The notes beneath the pieces are model-generated. The model had not been told where the DNA came from, made no database searches, and worked only from the letters and a program-made list of their open reading frames with translations. Below, piece by piece: positions 40,475-50,406 of a stretch of DNA of 55,007 nt (position 1 is its first letter; each line of letters starts with the position of its first letter). The DNA is from Bacteroidetes bacterium 4572_128. Its GTDB lineage: Bacteria > Bacteroidota > Bacteroidia > Bacteroidales > 4572-128. The stretch is from assembly GCA_002084355.1 (NCBI GenBank), contig NBLL01000044.1, positions 1 through 55,007 on the forward strand, given 5' to 3'. The position numbers were made by a program, and so were the translations under genes.

Positions 40475-41917
40475 TTAAAATTTTATCAAATAATTCAAGA
40501 ACAATTTTTCGTCTTGCAATATTTTTTCTAATTTTTTAGAATAATCATCAGATTTTGAAGGATTTAAGTTTTCTATTTTTTCTAATTGTTTTTTTAAATT
40601 AGCATCTTGTTTTGCTCTTATTTTTGCATCTATGATATAATAATTTTCTAATATTTTTTCTTCTGTGTCATTAATTTTAATTTTTTCGTGTTTTATAATT
40701 TCGTCATTCAAAAGAAAAAGGTTTTTTAATTCCTTAATTTTATTGATTTTTTCATTATTTCTTTCATTTATTTCGTGATACATTTTCAAAATAATTTCAT
40801 TTGCTTTATTTTCTATATCATTTAATATTATCTCTTCCTTATCAAAACGACCGAGTAATTTTTCAAAATCTTTTTTGAAAACACTTTTTTGGGGAATATT
40901 TAATATTCCTCCTCTTGTATCCGAAATTTTATTATCTATATAATCTCCAGATATTAAAAAAAGATAATTTTTTTCATCTATATGTTCATCATGTTTCAAT
41001 GAATTAAATTTTATTTTTTTTTCAATATCATGTTTCAATGAATTAAATTTTATTTTTTTTTCAATAGTTTCGCCTTTGCTTGTAAATTTTATAGCATTTT
41101 TTATTTTATACTTTTTATTTATTTTGAATGCTTTAATTTGAAAATTTTCTGTATTATTAATTTTTTCAATTTTTCCATCAATGCCAATAACAGAATAATG
41201 AACATTAAAATTTTCTTTTATTTCTGTTTTATTATTTAATTTATCATTACAATAAAGTTCTAATTTTATTGTGGGTAAATTTTCTCTGTGCGAACAAAAA
41301 TATTCTAAATAATGTGCTATTATTTTTTCTTTTAATTCTATTATGTCTAAATTATTATAATAAGAATGAATATCTTTATCAGCTAATAATTCTCTCATTA
41401 TTAATTTAGTACTTGAAAATTCAGCTTTAACTTCAATATTTTGTTTTTCTAAAATCAAAGCATTTTTAGATAAAAAATTTTTTGACATTGATAAAATAAA
41501 ATTTCTTTTTTTAAAGAAAAAATTGTTTTTTTTATAAATGCTTTCATATTCGACTTCTTTAAAAAATTTAATAAATTGTATTCTTCCTGTTCCTTTATTT
41601 TTAAATTTCTTGCTATTATCATCAAGGTTTTTTAATCTGTTAAAATTTTCTTCATTAAACCCTATACCTGTATCTTCAATAATAATTTTTTCTAATTTTT
41701 TGTTTATGAAAAGTTCTTCTTTTATATCAGAAAAAAATAATTGTATTTTTATTTGTCCATTGTTTTTTTTTTCTTCTAATAAAGAAATGGCTTCTAATGA
41801 ATTGGTAAAAGCTTCAAAAATTGCTTGTAATTTTTCATTAGATTTTTTTATTTTTTCAATTCTTCCTCGATAAGATATTCCAGTTCCTCTTATGTAATTT
41901 CCTTTTTTCATTTGCAA
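40475..41917 (-). CDS. GHKL-superfamily ATPase (MORC/Hsp90/MutL-like Bergerat fold) with a long helical, Lys/Glu-rich C-terminal region.
   Basis: 480 aa. N-box FE(35)AFTN(39)SLEA, then IIIED(82)TG(84)IG(86)F (DxGxG), then KNKGTGRIQF (Gly-rich lid). A 39-bp in-frame tandem duplication lies at 40988-41065. Confidence 0.7.
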   Translation of the reverse strand: MQMKKGNYIRGTGISYRGRIEKIKKSNEKLQAIFEAFTNSLEAISLLEEKKNNGQIKIQLFFSDIKEELFINKKLEKIIIEDTGIGFNEENFNRLKNLDDNSKKFKNKGTGRIQFIKFFKEVEYESIYKKNNFFFKKRNFILSMSKNFLSKNALILEKQNIEVKAEFSSTKLIMRELLADKDIHSYYNNLDIIELKEKIIAHYLEYFCSHRENLPTIKLELYCNDKLNNKTEIKENFNVHYSVIGIDGKIEKINNTENFQIKAFKINKKYKIKNAIKFTSKGETIEKKIKFNSLKHDIEKKIKFNSLKHDEHIDEKNYLFLISGDYIDNKISDTRGGILNIPQKSVFKKDFEKLLGRFDKEEIILNDIENKANEIILKMYHEINERNNEKINKIKELKNLFLLNDEIIKHEKIKINDTEEKILENYYIIDAKIRAKQDANLKKQLEKIENLNPSKSDDYSKKLEKILQDEKLFLNYLIKF

Positions 41918-41989
41918 TTTATGTTTAAATTTTTATTGCAAAATTAAAATTTTAATAATAAAAATGAAAATTTTTTTAATCTTTTTTTA

Positions 41990-42232
41990 ATTTTTAAATT
42001 CGTAAAATAATTTCGTTTTTTTGAAAAAAAATTTTTTTTTAATTAAAAAAAAATCATTAAAATTTTGGCGTTTTTTTGAAAAAAAATTTTTTTTTTTTTA
42101 ATTATAAAATATCGAAAAATTGACGTTTTTTTCAAAATATTTTTTTTAAAAAAAATATTAAATTTTGGGCATTTTGGGAAAAAATTTTTTCAATAAAAAC
42201 ATTAAAATTTTGGGCATTTTGGAAAAAAAAAA
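41990..42232 (+). repeat. Tandem array, forward orientation, about 5 degenerate units (cores TTTCGTTTTTTTG, TTGGCG, TTGACG, TTGGGCATTTTGG).
   Basis: Read directly. The last unit runs straight into the truncated esterase reading frame. Confidence 0.8.
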
Positions 42233-42237
42233 ATTAT

Positions 42238-42862
42238 ATATCTTTCAATAAAGATACACTTTTTTATAGGTTTTTAAAACCAAAGAATTTTGACGAAAAT
42301 AAAAAATATCCTTTGGTTATTTTTTTACACGGTGCTGGAGAAAGAGGAAATGATAATTCTAAGCAATTAAGAAATTCTGTAAAAATATTTGCTGAAAAAC
42401 AAGAAAAATATCCATGTTTTGTTTTTGTTCCGCAGTGTCCAAAGAAAAAACGTTGGGTTGAAGTTTCAATTAACTTTTGAAGTTTTAGAAAAACTTTTAA
42501 AAAATAAAAATATAGATAAAAATAGAATTTATTTGACTGGTTTATCTATGGGAGGTTTTGGCACTTGGGATTTCTTATCGAGATTTCCTGAAATTTTTGC
42601 TTGTGGAGTTCCAGTTTGTGGAGGCGGAGATGAAGAAAAAGCAAATTTAATAAAAGATATTCCAATCTGGGCTTTTCACGGAGCAAAAGATAAAGTTGTA
42701 AAAGTTGAACGTTCGCGAAATATGATAAATGCAATAAAAAAATTTACAGAAAATAAATGTAAATATACTGAATATAAAAATTTAGGACATAATTGCTGGA
42801 CGAAAACTTATAATAATGATTTATTATTAGAATGGATTTTTTCTCAAAAAAAAATAAAATAG
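42238..42862 (+). pseudogene. Alpha/beta-hydrolase carboxylesterase, 5'-truncated and frame-disrupted.
   Basis: Own translation from about 42241 gives SFNKDTLFYRFLKPKNFDENKKYPLVIFLHGAGERGNDNSKQL...PQCPKKKRW..*, with the stop at 42478. ORF 42389..42862 in another frame has the nucleophile elbow GLSMGG and the catalytic-His context NLGHNCW. There is no start codon or signal peptide upstream, only array sequence. Confidence 0.7.
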
Positions 42863-44766
42863 ATGAATGATTTTCAAAAAAAATTCCTTGAAGAAGCTAC
42901 AGATTTAATCCTTAATTTAGAGGAAAATATATTAATTCTTGATAAGAATTTTGAAAATAAAGAATTAATAGAAGAAATTTTTAGGACTATGCATTCTTTA
43001 AAAGGTGGTGGTGGAATGTTTGGTTTTGATAAAATCACAAATTTAACTCATAATTTGGAAACTGTTTATGATTTTATTCGTTCAGATAAAGAAAAAGTTA
43101 CAAAAGAATTAGTTAATTTAACATTTCAATCTGTTGATATTTTAAAAATTATTTTAGAAGATAGAAGCTTAGAAATCCAAGAAAATAAAATAAATTATGA
43201 AAATTTAATAAAAAAAATTGATGATTTTACGAAAAAATTTTATTCTAATAATAAAAATGATAATGAAAATAATAACCATATAGAAAATAAAGAATTAAAA
43301 ACTTTTTACATTTATTTTCAAACAAATGAAAAAATTTTCGACAATGGAACAAATCCAATTTTTTTAATGGAAGATTTATCTGAATTTTCCGAAATAAGAA
43401 TTTTTCCAATTTTAAAAAAAATACCTAATTTTGAAAAATTAGATATTTATAAATCTTATATTTCTTGGAATATAATTTTATCAACCAAAGAAGATGAAAA
43501 CCATATAAGAGACATTTTTATTTTTATTGAAAATGAAAATATTATTAAAATAAAAAAAATTTCTGATGATAATTTATTGAAAAATGAAAATTTTATTTCT
43601 CATTTAAAATCAAATGATGAAATTTTTAATTCAGAATTGAAAATTGAATTTTTTGAAATTTTCAAGTATTCGTGTTTCTTCGGAAAAATTGGATAATTTA
43701 GTTAATTTAATAGGCGAATTAGTTACAACTCAGGCAAGTTTAAGTCTTTTTGCGGAACAAAACAAATCAAATAAATTAGATATAATTTCCGAAAATGTAG
43801 AAAATTTAACACGAGAGCTTAGAGATATAGTTTTAGACATTTCACTTTTGCCATTAGATACTTTATTTTTGCGTTTTAAACGACTTTTAAGAGATCTATC
43901 AGAAAATTTTGGCAAAGAAATAAATTTTATTATTGAAGGAGGAGATACAGAATTAGATAAAAGTTTAATTCAAATTTTAAGTGAACCTTTGATGCATATT
44001 TTGAGAAATGCTGTTTCGCATGGAATAGAAAAACCAGAAGAAAGAATTAAAAATAATAAAAATAGAAAAGGAACAATTTTATTAAAATCTTATCATTCCG
44101 GAGCAAATGTTTGCATAGAAATTAAAGACGATGGAAAAGGAATTGATATAGAAAAAATCAAGAAAAAAGCATTTGAAAAAAATCTAATTAATGAAAATAA
44201 TAATTTAAACAATGAAGAAATTTTAAATTTTATTTTTTATCCAAAGAGTTGGTTTAGATGTTGCAAAAAAGAAAATTAATGATGCAAAAGGAGACATAAA
44301 AATTCATACCAAATTCGGCGAAGGAACAAGTTTTATTATAAAAGTTCCGATAACTGTTTCAATAATTGATAGTTTATTATTAAAAATTGATAGCTTACAT
44401 TTTATTGTTCCTGTAATTTCTGTAGAAAAAATAATTTCTATAAAAGAAGAAGATTTGAAAAACAATTTTAATTCTATGCTTATTTATGAAGATAAAAAAA
44501 TACCATTTTTTTATCTAAGAAAAGAATTTAATTTATTAAAAAATATTCCTAAATTACAACAAGGAATTCTTATTTTTAATGAAAAAACTTTATTAATCTT
44601 AATTATTGACGAAGTTTTAGGAGAACACCAGGCAGTTTTAAAACCTATCGGAAAACATTTTAAAAATCAAGAATTTATTTCAGGTGCTTCTATAATGGGA
44701 GATGGAAATATTGCATTAGTTCTTGATACAAATAAAATTTTAAAATATTTTTTAAATAAAAAATAA
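42863..44766 (+). pseudogene. cheA: Chemotaxis histidine kinase CheA, degraded by at least two frame breaks and deletion of part of the ATP lid.
   Basis: Hpt domain with FRTMHSLKGGGGMFGF. Dimerisation and kinase domains with IRVSSEKLDNLVNLIGELV, HILRNAVSHGIE and IKDDGKGID. The frame then changes at about 44238-44250 (..LNFIFYPK / ..RVGLDVAKKKINDAKGDIKIHTKFGEGTSFIIKVPITVSIIDS..), and the usual GFST...SGRG segment is missing. The CheW-like P5 domain runs to 44766. Confidence 0.8.
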
Positions 44767-44767
44767 A

Positions 44768-44815
44768 AAACATTAAAATTTTGGACGATTTTTGAAAAAA
44801 TTTTTTTATTTTGAA
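44768..44815 (+). repeat. Single array unit, forward orientation.
   Basis: CATTAAAATTTTGGACGATTTTTGAAAAAATTTTTTTATTTTGAAATT. Confidence 0.75.
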
Positions 44816-44818
44816 ATT

Positions 44819-44890
44819 CTGTACAATGCGATGTTTTCACTGTACAATTATTATAATAGCGGTGGAAACACCGCCAAAGCGCAAATTATA
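44819..44890. repeat. Two GC-rich hairpin elements head to head (one decayed copy, one with a perfect GCGGTG-GAAA-CACCGC stem-loop).
   Basis: 44826-44850 TGCGATGTTTTCACTGTACAATTATT differs from the 19236 copy by three G/C-to-A/T transitions. At 44859-44874 a perfect 6-bp stem with a GAAA loop is followed by CAAAGCGCA. Confidence 0.65.
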
Positions 44891-44987
44891 AGATTTTTTT
44901 ATTTTATTTTATATATTTTTTTTAAAAAAACTCTATTTTTGAAAAAAAGCAAAATTTTAATATTTTTTGAGAATTTGAAATTATTTT

Positions 44988-45641
44988 ATGAAAGAAATAG
45001 AAGAAAAAACAATAACTTTTAGATTTGCTTCCATTGAAAATTTAAAGGAAGTTATAAATATAAAAGCTATTATAAAAGATGAAAAATTTGATAAATGGTT
45101 TAATTATAATTATAAAATTTCTGATAAGGAAAAAAACATTTTAGAAAATTTAATTAAAAAAAACAGATTGAATTTATCTCTTTATAGCGAACAAAAATTA
45201 GCAATAAAATTTATAGCCCCCATTTTAAATGAAGTAGATTTTAATTTTAAAGATATAAAAGATTGGTATGGAGAAGAGATAAATTGCAAATTAAATGGAT
45301 TTTTATTAAAAGGAAAACCTGATTTAATGATTGCTACAGGAATTTCTTTTCCTAAAAAACCTTATTTTTTTTTACAAGAATATAAAAGATCTATAAATCC
45401 AAAAGGAAATCCAGAATATCAAGTTCTTGCAGGAATGTTAGTAGCAATGCAATTAAATAAAAAAAATAAAATTTATGGAGGCTTTGTTATAGGTAGAATT
45501 TGGCAATTTATTATTCTAGAAAAATTGGAGAATGGAAATTATGAATATTTTGTTTCTTATGCTTTTGATTCTTTAAAATTTCAAGATTTAAAACAAATTT
45601 ATATAAATTTACAAGCAGTTAAATTCTTATTTTGCAAATAA
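44988..45641 (+). CDS. HsdR_N-like PD-(D/E)xK nuclease-fold protein (stand-alone).
   Basis: 217 aa. SEQKLAIKFIAPILNEV.. is followed by GKPDLMIA....YFFLQEYKRS (D...ExK), the layout of type I HsdR N-terminal-domain proteins. Confidence 0.55.
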   Translation: MKEIEEKTITFRFASIENLKEVINIKAIIKDEKFDKWFNYNYKISDKEKNILENLIKKNRLNLSLYSEQKLAIKFIAPILNEVDFNFKDIKDWYGEEINCKLNGFLLKGKPDLMIATGISFPKKPYFFLQEYKRSINPKGNPEYQVLAGMLVAMQLNKKNKIYGGFVIGRIWQFIILEKLENGNYEYFVSYAFDSLKFQDLKQIYINLQAVKFLFCK

Positions 45642-45654
45642 AATTTTTAAATGC

Positions 45655-45835
45655 AAAAAAAAAATTTTTAATTTAAATTCATTAAAATTTTGGACGATTT
45701 TTGAAAAAAAATTTTTTATTTTGAAATTTAAAAATATTAAAATTTTTACGATTTTTGAAAAAAAAATTTTTTAATTTTGAAATCAAAAATCATTAAAAAT
45801 TTGCATTTTTTGAAAAATTTTTTTTTTGAGATAAA
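45655..45835 (+). repeat. Tandem array, forward orientation, about 3 units.
   Basis: CATTAAAATTTTGGACGATTTTTGAAAAAAAA, ATTAAAATTTTTACGATTTTTGAAAAAAAAA and CATTAAAAATTTGCATTTTTTGAAAAA. Confidence 0.85.
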
Positions 45836-45869
45836 ATCTATAATTGTATAAATTTAATAAATATTTTTT

Positions 45870-48124
45870 TTATTTAAATTTTATTTTTAATTTATCTAAT
45901 TCAATATCAATTTCTTCGTCAAAAATTTGTAATAATGGCTCTTTAAATGCCTGAGTTGTTATCATTTTTTCCAAAGTAATTAATAAAGAAGGCAATAATA
46001 ATAAATTTGATAACATTGCAATTAATAAAGTTACAGACAACTGTTCCGCCAAAAGTTGAAGCGGAAAAAATTCCAAAACCGAAAAATAAAACTATCGAAG
46101 TGTAAATCATGCTAAAGCCAGTTTCTCTCAAAGACGTTATTATTGAGCTGTGAATATTCCATTCGGTAAATTTTAATTCTTGCCTATATTTTGAAAGAAA
46201 ATGTATGGTATCATCAACGGAAATTCCAAAAGCAATACTAAAAACAAGAACAGTAGAAGGTTTTATAGAAATCCCAAAATAACCCATTAAAGCAGCAGTT
46301 AAAACCAAAGGGAATAAATTTGGAATCAAAGAAATTAAAACCATACGCCAAGAAGAAAACATAAAAGCCATAAAAACAGCAATTAAACTTATCGCAATAA
46401 ACAAACTTGTAAATAAATTTTTAATTAAATAAGTTGTTCCTTTTACAAAAACCACACTTGAACCTGTAATAATCGTTTTAAATTTATTCTTATCAAAAAT
46501 AGAATCTAAATCTTTATGAATATTTTTTTCTAAATTTCGCATTCCTACCGTTCCAATGTCAGCAACTTTATAACTTATTCGTGTAATTTGTCCAGTGCTG
46601 TCTATGAAATTTCGCAATAAATTTTTTTTATTTTTATCTTTTGAAACATAAGATAAAATAAAATTTTTTTCAGAATTACTTGGCAATTTATAATGTTTTT
46701 CTTTTCCATTGAAAAATGCTTGTCTGGAAAATTTTATTCCTTCTACCAAAGAAAGCGGTTTAGAAATTGATTTATACTTTTTTAATTCTTCTTGTAATTT
46801 TTCTATCTTTTTTAAAGTGGAACTTTTTATAACACCTTTTTTTCTTTTTGTGTCTATGACAATTTCCAAAGGCATAACTCCATAAAAATGTTTTTCAAAA
46901 AATTTTAAATCTAAATAAATTGGGTCATCTTTTGGAATATCATCAACAATAAAACCTGTAGTTTTCATTTTCATTATGCCAATTATTGCAAATATGAAAA
47001 TTAAAAAACTCATATAATAAACTGTTTTTCTATGATTTTCTGTTATGAAAACTAATTTTTTTATAATTTTAGCAATTAAATTATTTTTCAAATGTTTCGT
47101 TTGATTTTTATTTGGCGGCTCTAATGAGAAAAATATTATCGGAATTAAAATTAAAGAAAATAAAAAAATCCCTAATATATTTAAAGAAGCAATAATTCCA
47201 AATTCTTGTAAAATTTCACTTGATGTTAAAATAAAAGTTGCAAAGCCAGAAGCGGTTGTTAAATTTGTTAGGAAAGTTGCGTTCCCAATTTTTTGAACCA
47301 TTCGTACTAATGCTTTTGCTTGGTTTCCGTGTTTTCTGTATTCTTGATGATATTTATTTATCATAAAAACAAAATTCGGAATACCAATAACAATTAATTA
47401 CAATCTTGAAAGACCTAAAAAATAAATATAAAATAGTTGCAGTAACTAAAACAGCTAAAATAATAAACATATTTAGCTCTTTTTTTACTTTTTTTGCAAT
47501 TAAAGTCCTTGTGTAAGGAAGTCCAGAGAAATGAATTTCATCATTATATTTTTTTGCAAAAGCTCTTGCAAAATATTCTATACTATCAACAACAGCCTCT
47601 CGTTCTTTTGAATCAAATTTTTTTTTATTGACCGTTACAGCCATTAAATAAGCATTTTCGTTATAAAGTATTTTTTTATAAAATGGCAAACTATATAAAA
47701 CAGTTTTTATACTATCTAATTCTTTCTGAGTTTTTATTTCATTATTTATGATTTTTTTTAACTCGAACTTTTTTAATTTACTGTTTTTTTTCAAATTGTA
47801 AACATTGCCAACAGAAACTAAATTTTCTATTCCTTTTAGGTCTGTTATAAGTTCTCCGAGTTTTATCCATTCTTTAAATTTTTCTAATTCAAATAAATTT
47901 TCATCTTTTATTCCAATAACAATAATATTTGCATCATCTCCAAATAAGTTTTTGAAATTTTGATAGTTCAAATATGCAATGTCTTTTTCTGGAAGTAAAG
48001 CTGCATATTGATAAGATAATTTTACGAAAGTAGCTCTATAAGCCATAAAAATCGTAAAAATAAAAATTGCAGTTATTAAAAGTAATTTATTTCGTAAAAT
48101 AAAAATTGAAATTTTTGTCCACAT
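45870..48124 (-). pseudogene. MMPL/RND-superfamily exporter (COG1033-like), broken into three frames.
   Basis: ORFs 47354..48124, 45943..47364 and 45870..46076. At about 47395-47410 the sequence reads ..FFRSFKIVI then, in another frame, IVIGIPNFVFMINKYHQEY, so several TM segments expected between these blocks are absent. A second break at about 46040-46055 (..TFGGTVV / SVTLLIAMLSNLLLLPSLLITLEK) is not at a homopolymer. Confidence 0.75.
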
Positions 48125-48296
48125 ATTAATTTTTTAAATCGCAAAAAATACAATTTTTATTTTTAATAAAAATTTGTAATATTATTTTATGATAATTTTT
48201 TTGAAAATCTATTTAATAAATTATAATATTTTTAATCTTATAAATTCTTTTATAAGATTAAAAAAATTGTAATTTTATTTTAATGAATTAACCATT

Positions 48297-48683
48297 CTAA
48301 TGCTTTTTTTCATCTTTAAAGAAATACTGCTGAAATTTATTATTTGGAATATCTTTTTCTTCGTCAAACATCTGTTCAATAGATATTTCTGCAAATATAT
48401 CATCAGATAAAATAATCGCATATTTCAAAACTCCTCTTTTTACTATTGTAGGAAAAAGAAAATTGATTATCCATTCCTGAACTTCTGGTACTATGATTAA
48501 ATTTATACTACTGTCTGTAAGCATATATTTAGGTTTTTTCTCCTTGAATTTTGCCATCCAGTTTTTCATTTCTTTTTTAATATCATCAAAATCCATATCA
48601 TCTGATAACCAAACATTTTTAATCAATGACTTGCTTACGTCATAGTAAATTTCCTGTAATTTGCTATTATAAATTTTTTTCAT
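48297..48683 (-). CDS. Hypothetical protein.
   Basis: 128-aa ORF of non-repetitive composition. I recognise no family. Confidence 0.4.
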   Translation of the reverse strand: MKKIYNSKLQEIYYDVSKSLIKNVWLSDDMDFDDIKKEMKNWMAKFKEKKPKYMLTDSSINLIIVPEVQEWIINFLFPTIVKRGVLKYAIILSDDIFAEISIEQMFDEEKDIPNNKFQQYFFKDEKKH

Positions 48684-48959
48684 TTTTTAATTATTATTTT
48701 TATAAATTATGAAATTAATTAAATTTATTTTGTTCCAAAACAATGAAATAATCTTGGAAAACTAATAATATACTTATCAAAAGCATTATTTTGTGGATGA
48801 GAAAAATATCCAGAAAAATCAACATCTTCTATATAAAATATTCAGCTTTTGATTTTGTATTTTACAAAAATAGTGATTAATTTAAAATTACAAAATATTT
48901 TAATATTTTTTGGGAGATAAAAAATCATTAAAAATAAATTTTTCATTTTTACAATCAAA

Positions 48960-49275
48960 ATTTAAAACAAAAATTTTGGAGAATTTTGAAAAAAATTTTT
49001 TATAAAAACATTAAAATTTTGGGGAATTTTGAAAAAAATTTTTTTTATAAAAGCATTAAAATTTTGGGGAATTTTGAAAAAAATTTTTTTTATAAAAACA
49101 TTAAAATTTTGGAGAATTTTGAAAAAAATTTTTTATAAAAACATTAAAATTTTGGGGAATTTTGAAAAAAATTTTTTTTATAAAAACATTAAAATTTTGG
49201 GGAATTTTGAAAAAAATTTTTTGAAAAAAATTTTTTTTATAAAAACATTAAAATTTTGGGGGATTTTGAAATTTT
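48960..49275 (+). repeat. Tandem array, forward orientation, about 6 units of about 55 bp (core CATTAAAATTTTGG[G/A]GAATTTTGAAAAAAA).
   Basis: Read directly. The 83-aa track ORF 49029..49280 is just a translation of these units. Confidence 0.9.
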
Positions 49276-49316
49276 TTTAATGCTTTTTTAATTATTAAAA
49301 AAATGACGAAATCTTT

Positions 49317-49393
49317 TAATGAGGAATTAAGAATGAAAGTTTTAAATCATTTCTCATTTCTAATTCCTCATTACTTATTAAAAATTCCTCATT
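49317..49393 (-). terminator. Long AATGAGGAATT hairpin downstream of korB.
   Basis: AATGAGGAATTAAGAATGA (49317-49335) pairs with TCATTTCTAATTCCTCATT (49354-49372) with two central mismatches. A third arm, AATTCCTCATT, lies at 49383-49393, next to the korB stop at 49399. Confidence 0.55.
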
Positions 49394-49398
49394 AAAAA

Positions 49399-50406
49399 TT
49401 ATTTTACTTCCCAAACACTACCACTGCAAAGAAGATCGTCCATATTTTTAATGGATGTTTTTTCTTGAACTTCTTTAATTTGTTTTTCAACAAGATCGTC
49501 GTAATGATTCTCTTTTACAGCACGTATTACACCCATTGCAATTGGAAATTCTGGCGAACGCATATTTATTAAAGCATTATGTAAAGCGGTATCTTTTTCC
49601 TGTGCATCATGAATTAAAATGTCATCTTCTGTAATTCCATTTTTACCTATTTCAACAACTTTTAATTTGAACCCATCTATCATTAAACCTTTATCTTTAT
49701 TTTTACCAAAAATCATTGCTTGATTATCTTTTAAAAAGATTTGTCTGTCAGATCTCTCTTTTTTATCATTAATGAAATTATATATTCCCTCATTAAAAAT
49801 AACACAATTTTGCAAAACTTCCACAACAGATAATCCTTTATGTTTTTCTGCTTCTTTGAAAATTTCTGTACACATTTTAATATTCGCATCAACAACACGA
49901 GCAAAGAATTTTCCTCTTGCTCCTATTACTAATTCACCCGGATTAAATGGCTGCTCAACAGTTCCGAAAGGCGAAGATTTAGTTTTTGCTCCCATTTTAG
50001 ACGTTGGTGAATATTGACCTTTTGTTAATCCGTAAATTTGATTATTAAATAAAATCAAATTAATATCAATATTTCTTCTCACAACATGAATAAAATGATT
50101 TCCTCCTATTGCAAGTGCATCTCCATCTCCAGTAATTTGCCACACACTCAATTTTGGATTTGCAACTTTTACTCCAGAAGAAATTGCTGGAGCACGACCG
50201 TGAATTCCATGAAAACCATAAGTTCCCATATAATATGGAAAACGTGAAGAACATCCTATTCCAGAAACTACAGCAATATCTTCTGTTGGAATGTTCATCT
50301 CTGCCATAGCTTTATAAACTGCATTTAATACAGCAAAATCACCACAACCAGCACACCATCTAACTTCCTGGTCACTTTTATAATTTTTTACGTTTGCTTT
50401 TTTCAT
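49399..50406 (-). CDS. korB: 2-oxoglutarate:ferredoxin oxidoreductase, beta subunit.
   Basis: 335 aa with the RWCAGCGDFAVLNAV TPP-binding N-terminus and GDGDALAIGGNHFIH. It overlaps korA by 1 nt. Confidence 0.9.
   Translation of the reverse strand: MKKANVKNYKSDQEVRWCAGCGDFAVLNAVYKAMAEMNIPTEDIAVVSGIGCSSRFPYYMGTYGFHGIHGRAPAISSGVKVANPKLSVWQITGDGDALAIGGNHFIHVVRRNIDINLILFNNQIYGLTKGQYSPTSKMGAKTKSSPFGTVEQPFNPGELVIGARGKFFARVVDANIKMCTEIFKEAEKHKGLSVVEVLQNCVIFNEGIYNFINDKKERSDRQIFLKDNQAMIFGKNKDKGLMIDGFKLKVVEIGKNGITEDDILIHDAQEKDTALHNALINMRSPEFPIAMGVIRAVKENHYDDLVEKQIKEVQEKTSIKNMDDLLCSGSVWEVK

Noticed and set aside
39290-42232. Integron-like or transposon-like interpretation of the array-flanked cassettes.
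   Set aside because: I see no integrase, transposase or recombinase anywhere in the window. The arrays are multi-copy tandem repeats, not single attC-like sites or terminal inverted repeats.
44792-45022. 76-aa ORF spanning the GC-rich hairpin elements.
   Set aside because: It reads through two repeat elements and an array-like unit, and it overlaps the start of the better-supported gene 44988..45641. It is most likely non-coding.
48722-48835. The minus-strand frame encoding ..YIEDVDFSGYFSHPQNNAFDKYIISFPRLFHCFGTK* looks like the C-terminal relic of a gene.
   Set aside because: It is only about 38 codons, has no start, has a stop immediately upstream in frame, and I can name no family. It is noted as a possible remnant only.
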